From: an uncultured virus (IMG/VR IMGVR_UViG_3300027816_004729)
Taxonomy: Duplodnaviria; Heunggongvirae; Uroviricota; Caudoviricetes
Strand: one strand, 5' to 3'
IMG/VR virus record: IMGVR_UViG_3300027816_004729
DNA length: 64,000 bases
In this document: positions 56,866 to 64,000 of the stretch, piece by piece
Layout: every line of letters starts with the position of its first letter
Numbering within the stretch: the first letter of the stretch is position 1
Notes under the pieces: model-generated
What the model saw: the letters and a program-made list of their open reading frames with translations, nothing else
The model's database searches: none
Told to the model about the DNA's origin: nothing
Made by a program: the position numbers and the translations under genes

Positions 56866-59850
56866 TTAATCCAACCAATCGTCAGGGTTTGACATTATGT
56901 CGGCGTTGACTTGTATAGGGGTAATTCTTGCACCGTCAATTGCGCGATTCCGCTTATTTAAGTATTCGACGGCGATGGCTCTATAGCGTTCGGATTCATC
57001 GGCAAATTTTCGCATCAGAAGTTCTTGAGATTGAACCATCATGAGTATTGCCATCTTGGAATCGAGATTGATGAAATCATATTCCGTCATTAAGTCATAA
57101 CTACGACGGCGGTATTTCATTCTGATCCATTTTGCGTTATCTCGTATTTTTATCCGCCTGTAAGCCGGATTGGTTTCAAAAAAAGGAGAATTTCCTAAAA
57201 ACGCGATGTTCTGATCTCTGCCGGTATCCCAAGCGTAAAGTCTTTTAAAACCATCTGTAATCGGATGCTGTATGTTATGAATTTCGGCGATGTTAATTTC
57301 TGGAACGGAAAAAACCAATTTTTGTACGCCGGATCCTGTAGAAAAAAACGTCAGTCTTCCAGTAATAGAGGTTGTATTTTCGGCTTCGGCTTTACTTCCG
57401 TATAGTTCAACGGTATCTTGCGTTAGTGATCTTACAAAATATGTCGTATTAGGTAAAAGCGGATCCGGAAAATCCAACTCGGCCTCAACGCTGACTTCAG
57501 TTCCTGTGGAAAATGCTTGATTTGAGACGTCTAAGCTTGTCGCGGCATCGACAGTTAATGCTCTTGCAATTTTTAGTTTATGCGTTCCTGACCCAATTCC
57601 GGTAAAAGAAACGAGGACATTAGATGTCGTATAAACTTCAATTTGGTCGTTAACTACAGAAACTAAATACGGAGAACCAGAAATAAGAGGTTGGGGAAGC
57701 GTCCCGGTTGTCGTAAATGTTGCCGGAACTAAATTTCCGAGAAACGCCGAAAACTCAATATCCAATTGATTGTCTCTAGGAACTATTTGCGCGGATCTTT
57801 CAGTAAAACCGTAAAGTTTTCCTATTCCCAAAGAAATTGCCGAAATTATCCCAGTCGTAGTCGCCGTGTTTATCGCCTGTTGATACTGGCCGTACAGTTG
57901 AATTCGTGTATCGCCGAGTTTTCGTATGTAAAATGGATTTTGCGTGTCTATTTGAGGAGACGTAACCGGAACGGCTCCTGTCGTAAATACTCTAACCGCA
58001 GATCCAGTTACAAATGAAGTCGCACTTAGTTGCCAGTCTTGCGAAAATCCGACTGAAAAAGTCCTATTAATAACTAAGAAAAGCGAACCACTTCCTGTAG
58101 ACGTGATATTTATAGGTTCAGGGATTGCCGAGCTTACCGTAAAACTCGTAAGTCCCATCGGATTTAAATCGGTGCCTTCTGCTCGATAAACAGCTTCCGC
58201 AGTTAACGGTGCTGGAAGCGTTCCAGTTGTCTGGAATTGAATAAAACTTCCAGAAGCCGGAACAAACTGTACTGCCGGAGCGGTTGTATATCCTGTACCT
58301 CCAGTGATTACAGAAACTGCGACCACTTTTCCGCCGGATACCGTAGCGACGGCTGTTGCACCAGTTCCCCCGCCTCCGGTTAGTTTGATAACAGGAGAAA
58401 CATTATAACCGGTTCCGGCGGCCGTTATATTTAACGAGGTGACGGTACCATTTGTTATGACTGAAGTCCCCGTTGCTCCACTTCCAGAAGGGTTATTTAA
58501 ATTGTGCGGAACACTAGTCGTTATATTTGCCGAAGCACCCGTAGTTACCGTAGAAATTGGGATTATTTTTTGTACGACACTTATGCCAGAACCTAATGAC
58601 GTAAAAACTATTGAATTTAAATTTCCAGTTGCATCGGCCGATGTATTATGCAACGTTATTCGGGTGTCGTCTATTTTCCGTACAAAATAAGTCGTATTTT
58701 CGACAAGAGGTTCCGGCATATCTCCGCCAGAATTTTTGACGGTGACACTGTCTCCGGTTATAAAGTTATGAAAGACAGAAAAGTTTAGGGTTGTTACCGG
58801 ATCGAGAGACAAGAGTTGCCGAAGTTGGAGTCCAGAACCCGGATCTGTAACATTTACAGGATCGGTGCCCGACTTTGCGTCTTGCAAAGTTTTATGTATA
58901 TTAAAATTCTCGGTTCCAGCAGTTTTAACGTAGAATATGTTGTCGGCTTTTATTTCAGGCGGATACGTCGTTGCGCCAAACGCAACTATATCTAAATCAT
59001 TTAGCCCGTTAGCTCCAAAAGTTTTTACCATCGTCCGAGCCGTCGTACTTCTTTCGTCGATAAGCGAAATTGAAGAGTTAGACGACAATTTTGTTACTTG
59101 AATCGGACTTTGATTTAATTGCGCGTCAAGTCTTGTTGCGTGAATGGTAACCGTGTTTAAATCGACCGCCCGTACGTAATAATAAAAACCATTATTGAGA
59201 GGTTGCGGAAATAATCCGGTATTGGCCAAGGCCTGCATTCTAACGCCCGTTATCAGCTTATGGTCTGTAGATGAACTAAAAAACTTCATTACCGAAGTAG
59301 TGAATATTCTTTTTTGAGTTCTAGTTAAAGGTTTTGCAGTTGGTATTAAAGCAGAAAATTCAAATGGCAAGAATATCCCATCTAACCACAGACCGTCTTC
59401 GGTTTGTTGTCTAAGTGTATTCCCAAATTCGTCAATTCCCATTATTCGGGTCTGCAATCCTTCATCAGACCTAAGATCGCATCTGGCTATAACAGGACCC
59501 GGAACTTTTATATCCATGGTTGTCGGGACAATTCCGACGTCGTCCCAAACCCAAGGAACAACTCTTTCGTCGGTTAATCCGTCACCATTTAAATGAAATC
59601 TAGAAAATTCATCTCTACCAAATACCGGGATACCATCGATTGTGACAGCCAACGGAGTTTCGACCTCTCGCGGCAAAGTTACGGTATTTCCGTCATTGAA
59701 AGTCCTTATATCAAGGACGCCAATGTTGGCATTCCAGTCGCCTTCGTCTTGGAGGGCTCTTACTGCGTCGGTAAGGCGTTTAAGCGCTTTTTCGCGATCG
59801 CATCTTCCAAGAATTTCTACGACATCGTCGAGGATCTCAGAGACGAACAT
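56866..59850 (-). CDS. tail adaptor/tubular protein with inserted beta-repeat modules
   Basis: Helical N- and C-termini (TLPRE.ET; YRRI...YRRR) enclosing ~7 G..P.PL....Y.VR.....I.L..T..DA repeats and a GTGY...P....GGGGTGATA module. Confidence 0.6.
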   Translation of the reverse strand: MFVSEILDDVVEILGRCDREKALKRLTDAVRALQDEGDWNANIGVLDIRTFNDGNTVTLPREVETPLAVTIDGIPVFGRDEFSRFHLNGDGLTDERVVPWVWDDVGIVPTTMDIKVPGPVIARCDLRSDEGLQTRIMGIDEFGNTLRQQTEDGLWLDGIFLPFEFSALIPTAKPLTRTQKRIFTTSVMKFFSSSTDHKLITGVRMQALANTGLFPQPLNNGFYYYVRAVDLNTVTIHATRLDAQLNQSPIQVTKLSSNSSISLIDERSTTARTMVKTFGANGLNDLDIVAFGATTYPPEIKADNIFYVKTAGTENFNIHKTLQDAKSGTDPVNVTDPGSGLQLRQLLSLDPVTTLNFSVFHNFITGDSVTVKNSGGDMPEPLVENTTYFVRKIDDTRITLHNTSADATGNLNSIVFTSLGSGISVVQKIIPISTVTTGASANITTSVPHNLNNPSGSGATGTSVITNGTVTSLNITAAGTGYNVSPVIKLTGGGGTGATAVATVSGGKVVAVSVITGGTGYTTAPAVQFVPASGSFIQFQTTGTLPAPLTAEAVYRAEGTDLNPMGLTSFTVSSAIPEPINITSTGSGSLFLVINRTFSVGFSQDWQLSATSFVTGSAVRVFTTGAVPVTSPQIDTQNPFYIRKLGDTRIQLYGQYQQAINTATTTGIISAISLGIGKLYGFTERSAQIVPRDNQLDIEFSAFLGNLVPATFTTTGTLPQPLISGSPYLVSVVNDQIEVYTTSNVLVSFTGIGSGTHKLKIARALTVDAATSLDVSNQAFSTGTEVSVEAELDFPDPLLPNTTYFVRSLTQDTVELYGSKAEAENTTSITGRLTFFSTGSGVQKLVFSVPEINIAEIHNIQHPITDGFKRLYAWDTGRDQNIAFLGNSPFFETNPAYRRIKIRDNAKWIRMKYRRRSYDLMTEYDFINLDSKMAILMMVQSQELLMRKFADESERYRAIAVEYLNKRNRAIDGARITPIQVNADIMSNPDDWLD

Positions 59851-59859
59851 TTTGCGTAG

Positions 59860-60093
59860 TTAAATTCCAAGACGCGAATCAGACATCCCAGAAAGCTCTT
59901 GGCCGAATCCTTCAAGGCCGGGAGCTTCTGCGCCAAGGCCAAGGCCTTTCATCTTTTCAGCGGCTTTTGCGCCTTTCATGTCGGCTTTGATTTTTGCTTC
60001 TGCGCCGTCAAGCGCTGAACCTAATTGAGCAATGAATTCTTTTGCCATTTGAAACGTGGTCATTGGCATTGTGATTGTAATTTCTTCTTCCAT
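59860..60093 (-). CDS. hypothetical protein
   Basis: ATG at 60093 (MEEEITIT), 1 nt after the upstream stop. Confidence 0.55.
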   Translation of the reverse strand: MEEEITITMPMTTFQMAKEFIAQLGSALDGAEAKIKADMKGAKAAEKMKGLGLGAEAPGLEGFGQELSGMSDSRLGI

Positions 60094-60094
60094 A

Positions 60095-60460
60095 TTAGTC
60101 TTCCTTTTCGTTTTCTGCTTTATCTTCTGTTTCGTCTTCTGATTCGGATAAACCTTTTTCAATTTCATCTTCGTCCGAAGAGCTTTTGCTTCCCGAATTA
60201 AAGTCAATTCCCATGACGTCGATGTCCACGGATTTCATTTCTTTAACGCTACCGTCGTCATTTTTGCGTTCAGTTTCGTGTTTAGAAACTACGCGAAATT
60301 TAATAGTAGCAGTTCCTTCGACTCCAACATCCGGAGTTTCTAGATCTTCAATCCCGCTTAAATATAAAGTCGGGTAATGCACGACTTCGTCCATATTTTC
60401 GTCAGAAACAAGTTCAACGACGTCCATTTCTGAGTTACGTTTTTTTCCAAGATCGACCAT
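60095..60460 (-). CDS. acidic hypothetical protein
   Basis: 121 aa, HYPTLY motif, very acidic. Confidence 0.6.
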   Translation of the reverse strand: MVDLGKKRNSEMDVVELVSDENMDEVVHYPTLYLSGIEDLETPDVGVEGTATIKFRVVSKHETERKNDDGSVKEMKSVDIDVMGIDFNSGSKSSSDEDEIEKGLSESEDETEDKAENEKED

Positions 60461-60496
60461 AGTAGTATTATTATCGTTTTGTGGGTTATGAGAATA

Positions 60497-61039
60497 TTAT
60501 TTACCTTCTAGTAGAAGATACGGAATTGTTTTTTGGTGGTATCTATTCATTTCTGAGTAGACGAGATTGATGAATCCGTCCCATTGCGGCGGGTAAATTG
60601 TTTGGCAACCCTCAGATGAAGTCGTTCGATAACCTCCGCGATGGATATTAATGGCAATGCCCATGTCGTCTCCGGTAACATCCCGCGTAACCGGAAGTTC
60701 TTCTTTTGGGTTAGCAGGTCGCAATGCCGGGTAGCCGCCTCCGGGTTTAGAGATACCGTGATTACCTTTGCGGTATCTGTGAACGCCCGTTTTAAGAACC
60801 GCGATGCCTTTTTTGTAAACCGAAGGATCCGTGTTAGCATTAAAAGTAGCATGGACTGACGGAGAAATTAAAATTATGGCATCGTCGTAGATGCCTCTAT
60901 CGTTTTTTCCTTTTTCTCCCATGCTATCCAGATAATATCCGCGAATCCCGACCAACGAAACAACGTCTTCAATCCCGGCTTTGATAACCATAGCCAAGGT
61001 TTTTTCTTTTGCTTGTTGCGGTCGGGAATTTGGGATCAT
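60497..61039 (-). CDS. endolysin candidate with a YkuD/L,D-transpeptidase-like catalytic motif
   Basis: INIHRGG...SSEGCQTI (H..S.GC); directly follows holin and lipoprotein genes. Confidence 0.65.
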   Translation of the reverse strand: MIPNSRPQQAKEKTLAMVIKAGIEDVVSLVGIRGYYLDSMGEKGKNDRGIYDDAIILISPSVHATFNANTDPSVYKKGIAVLKTGVHRYRKGNHGISKPGGGYPALRPANPKEELPVTRDVTGDDMGIAINIHRGGYRTTSSEGCQTIYPPQWDGFINLVYSEMNRYHQKTIPYLLLEGK

Positions 61040-61212
61040 TTTCCTTTGCGGATTACGTTAATTAGTCCGACTAAACCTAATCCGGCAACAAGAATTGCTT
61101 CTTGAAGTTGCGGTTCAATTTTTACTCCAACTGCCGTAGCAATCAGAATTAACCCACGCCAAGTGGAGTTTTCGCTTAGTTTGTCGATCAGTACGTTGAT
61201 TACGTTTTTCAT
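61036..61212 (-). CDS. holin (putative)
   Basis: Manual translation MKNVINVLIDKLSENSTWRGLILIATAVGVKIEPQLQEAILVAGLGLVGLINVIRKGK*: two TM segments, STWRG motif, ATGA overlaps on both sides. Confidence 0.7.
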   Translation of the reverse strand: MKNVINVLIDKLSENSTWRGLILIATAVGVKIEPQLQEAILVAGLGLVGLINVIRKGK

Positions 61213-61364
61213 TTTTTGGTTCCTTTTGGTTCTGGAAGTTCGTATGTGAACTTTCCGTATTCTGTTTCGAAAGAGATTCCTAGCGTTGTACAGCCGGCTA
61301 AAAAAATTGCTCCGAATGCAATAAACAAAATTACGATGATATTTAAAGATATTTTTTTACTCAT
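61209..61364 (-). CDS. small lipoprotein (o-spanin-like)
   Basis: Manual translation MSKKISLNIIVILFIAFGAIFLAGCTTLG...: canonical LAGC lipobox. Confidence 0.65.
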   Translation of the reverse strand: MSKKISLNIIVILFIAFGAIFLAGCTTLGISFETEYGKFTYELPEPKGTKK

Positions 61365-61368
61365 AAGT

Positions 61369-61641
61369 TTATTTTTGTTCCAATCGACGCAGACGTTGCT
61401 CGTGGTCGAGAATAGCGAGGTCGTGTCGTTTATCGGTTTCAGCGTTTGCTTCCATACGAATTAAAACGGCTTCAATTTTTTCAATCCTTTGATTAACCAT
61501 GGCGAACTCTTCTCGGGTCGCAAATTTTGTTCCTAACAAAGCTACACCCACGAGGGCCGCAAATGTTCCTAACTTTAACGCGTTATCAAAATAACGCATA
61601 ACTTCGTCGCTTTTTCGTCGGTATGGGTTTTCTTCGGGCAT
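61369..61641 (-). CDS. single-TM coiled-coil protein (lysis module)
   Basis: RRKSD, TM helix, coiled-coil ending DHEQRLRRLE. Confidence 0.6.
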   Translation of the reverse strand: MPEENPYRRKSDEVMRYFDNALKLGTFAALVGVALLGTKFATREEFAMVNQRIEKIEAVLIRMEANAETDKRHDLAILDHEQRLRRLEQK

Positions 61642-61642
61642 A

Positions 61643-64000
61643 TTAGCTAATTGTTAAAGTTGATGTTGTTTTGTTGTAAGTTCCAGTCCTTCCTGTAGCA
61701 CCAGTCAAAGCAACAGCCGAATACGTATTTGTTGTATCTGCAGGGAAAAATTTCCAGGTTGACCCAACTGCAGGAACTGGTCCTGTGAAAGTTACATTGA
61801 GTGTGGTTCCTGCCGTAAAACTTCCTGTTGCAGTTGTTGTGCCGCTTACAACAGATCTTGTCAGCGTTCCTGCGCTTATCGTTGTAGAGCCATCGTAGTT
61901 GTGCGCATGGTTGCCAAGGTTTAGCGTTCCTGTACCAACTTTTGTTAGAGTAGAAGCGTTAGATGGTCCTGCTGTTGAAATGGCACCAGAAAGTGTTATT
62001 GTTCCTGCACCATCAAATGCTAGTGGTGCTGGCCATACGCCAAGAAGAGAGTCATTTCTGGTTATGCCATTTATTGTTAAAGTTAATCCTGCTGCACTCG
62101 CTATTCTGTTTACTGCAGAGCCGCCAACTTTAAGAACTCCAGACCCTATCGTGTTGTTCAATGCCGTGTTGTTCAAAGCACCTTGAGAAGAAACACCATT
62201 GCCAGAAATTGTTGTTAATTTTGAAAATGTTCCTGCAACTGTAGGTTGAATTTGAAGAGTTGCTCCATCGTTAACAATAACTTCAGATGATGTTCCAAAG
62301 GAAGAAAAAGACGTAATTCTTAAAATTCCTTGCAGGACAGATGTTGTGCCTGTGTAGGTGCTTGTTGTTCCAGAAAGAGTCAAAGTTCCTGAACCGGTCT
62401 TTTGGAGAGTTCCAGTTGTCAGAGCTATTTGATTGCTGGCAACAATTTCTGCTCCTGCCGCGGTTGTAAAAATTAAATTCCTTGTTGCTCCAGTGATTGT
62501 TCCTGAAATTGTAAAAATTCCAGCAGAAGATCCAATTGTTGAATCTGCGCCAAGTGTTATTGCTCCTGAAAAAGTATTATTTCCAGAGCGATTCATCAAT
62601 GATCCTTCAGATGTTGCTCCAATTCCGCTAATTGTGACGGCTCTGGCAAATGTTATTGCTCCTGAAATTTCAAGAGATGCGTTTGTTGCGGCAGTTATTG
62701 TTCCGGCGGTTCCAAGAGCTGAAGCATTGGAAATTCTAACTGCTCCAGAATTGATCGCCGTGGCTCCTGTATACGAATTAGCCGCAGATAAAATTATCGT
62801 TCCTGTTCCCGCACAAATTATTCCGCCAGTAGTTAAAGTTATTATTCCAGAAAGTGTAAGTGTTCCAGCGCCGCCAAGAGTTAAAGTCCTTGTTGCTCCA
62901 CTTATGGCTCCAGAAATCGTCAAAGATCCGGCAATGCTATGAATTCGGGCATTAGCCGCCATTGTTATAGCCCCGGACATCGAATTTGTTCCAGAAAGGT
63001 TGGCAATTGCTCCGTCAAATGCTGCTCCATCGCCAGAAATTGTCAATGGCTCTGCAACAAGAGTTATTCCTCCGCTAACTTGAAGAGATGCTCCTGAATT
63101 TACAGTTGTTGCTGTTGCAATTGTGCCGAGAGCTGAAGCATTGGCGACTATAAGGTACCCGGCATTGATTGTAGTAGTACCGCTATATGTGTTTGCTCCA
63201 GCTAGAGTCCATTTTCCTGTTCCAGATTTTACAAGCGATATAAAGGCTGTTCCTGTGGCTGGAGAAGTCACTAAATTATCACGAATTGTTCCAGAAATTT
63301 GACCATCAGAGCTACCGCCAAGTGTCAGAGTCCTTCCAGCACCAACTCCAGTTGTTGCATTTGTCTGAATATTGAAAATTGCTGCAGAAAAAATTATCGT
63401 TCCTGTTCCGTTTGAAAGTATTATTGCCCCGCCAATGTCAGTTGCTGCAGGAGTTGCTGCATTTATTCCAACTCTTATTGTTCTATTCGATGTGTCTCCA
63501 GATCCTTGATAATTTAAAGTCCCAGTTGTCCCAAAACCACCAAATTGGACAGGATTTGAAGAATCAGCACCAAGACTCGATGGTGTTGAAAAATTTTTTA
63601 TGGAATTTACATTTGTTGTTCCAGAAAAAACGTGAAATCCGTTAATAAACGTATTCGCTCCAAAAATTGAGCACTGACCTAACACCATATTAACTACAAC
63701 GCCGCCAGTTCCAGAAATAATTCCAGAAGAAACAATCGATCCAGAAGAGTTAGATACAAAAGTTAAAAGGTTGCCAGAAGGATTTATATTGTTTGATAAA
63801 ACTAATGTGCCAGATTCACAACCAATTCTTGCTGTTGAATTTAAAGTTATTGTCCCAGAAATCTCATTCGACCCACTTAAATTTTTTATTGCCCCACTGT
63901 TGTCAGGACCAAAAGAATTTATTGTGATTGGCCTAGATATAACGATATTATTTCCTAAATTAAACGCTGTTCCTGATAAAATTGTTAATTGTGAAGAAGA
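61643..64000 (-). CDS. long fibre protein with autotransporter-associated beta-strand repeats (5' end outside window)
   Basis: Repeated K.G.GTL.LSGANTYSG.T.IN.G.L units; I read the frame as open without a stop from 63688 to 64000, so the real start lies beyond the window. Confidence 0.8.
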   Translation of the reverse strand, partial: SSSQLTILSGTAFNLGNNIVISRPITINSFGPDNSGAIKNLSGSNEISGTITLNSTARIGCESGTLVLSNNINPSGNLLTFVSNSSGSIVSSGIISGTGGVVVNMVLGQCSIFGANTFINGFHVFSGTTNVNSIKNFSTPSSLGADSSNPVQFGGFGTTGTLNYQGSGDTSNRTIRVGINAATPAATDIGGAIILSNGTGTIIFSAAIFNIQTNATTGVGAGRTLTLGGSSDGQISGTIRDNLVTSPATGTAFISLVKSGTGKWTLAGANTYSGTTTINAGYLIVANASALGTIATATTVNSGASLQVSGGITLVAEPLTISGDGAAFDGAIANLSGTNSMSGAITMAANARIHSIAGSLTISGAISGATRTLTLGGAGTLTLSGIITLTTGGIICAGTGTIILSAANSYTGATAINSGAVRISNASALGTAGTITAATNASLEISGAITFARAVTISGIGATSEGSLMNRSGNNTFSGAITLGADSTIGSSAGIFTISGTITGATRNLIFTTAAGAEIVASNQIALTTGTLQKTGSGTLTLSGTTSTYTGTTSVLQGILRITSFSSFGTSSEVIVNDGATLQIQPTVAGTFSKLTTISGNGVSSQGALNNTALNNTIGSGVLKVGGSAVNRIASAAGLTLTINGITRNDSLLGVWPAPLAFDGAGTITLSGAISTAGPSNASTLTKVGTGTLNLGNHAHNYDGSTTISAGTLTRSVVSGTTTATGSFTAGTTLNVTFTGPVPAVGSTWKFFPADTTNTYSAVALTGATGRTGTYNKTTSTLTIS

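Noticed and set aside
1..64000. Stop-codon reassignment, introns/inteins, integrase
   Set aside because: Standard-code ORFs tile the window densely; PolA, TerL and helicase have normal lengths without intein motifs; no recombinase motif was recognised.

Overview
This window appears to be most of a tailed dsDNA phage genome (podovirus-like gene set; no integrase, CRISPR array, rRNA or reverse transcriptase recognised). Autotransporter-type beta-strand repeats, AC-rich non-Shine-Dalgarno leaders and accessory gene types hint at a PVC-group (Verrucomicrobia-like) host, which is inference only. There are three blocks. (1) 1-16282, minus strand: resolvase, terminase, portal, scaffold, a glycosyltransferase/FkbM cassette, major capsid protein and tail-fibre/esterase genes. 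(2) 16299-35082, plus strand: tRNA-Leu(TAA), SF2 helicase, a DNA-hypermodification-like trio, dCMP deaminase, Cas4-like nuclease, SSB-like protein, PolA, NUDIX, dNMP kinase, an Asp-type (cytosine-specific-looking) thymidylate synthase homologue, primase-helicase, and three early-type genes behind a repeated promoter. (3) 35132-64000, minus strand: lysis genes, tail proteins, ejection proteins and a 3874-aa giant protein. Two things stand out. First, the giant protein has an N-terminal HExxH metalloprotease motif and a C-terminal string of effector modules (three ADP-ribosyltransferase-like, two GNAT, two paralogous unknown domains), each module bounded by a recurring [S/N/D]-[F/Y]-M-P motif (8 copies); this is a candidate self-processed, injected effector polyprotein. 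Second, a dCMP-type TS homologue co-occurs with 5hmU-DNA-kinase-like, PLP and SGNH-like genes, a candidate new pyrimidine hypermodification route. Other observations are an iteron/inverted-repeat-rich origin-like region, an H-type pseudoknot, an ACP-like protein lacking the carrier Ser, and a TTA-codon contrast matching the phage tRNA. All assignments come from reading motifs by eye; no database searches were run.
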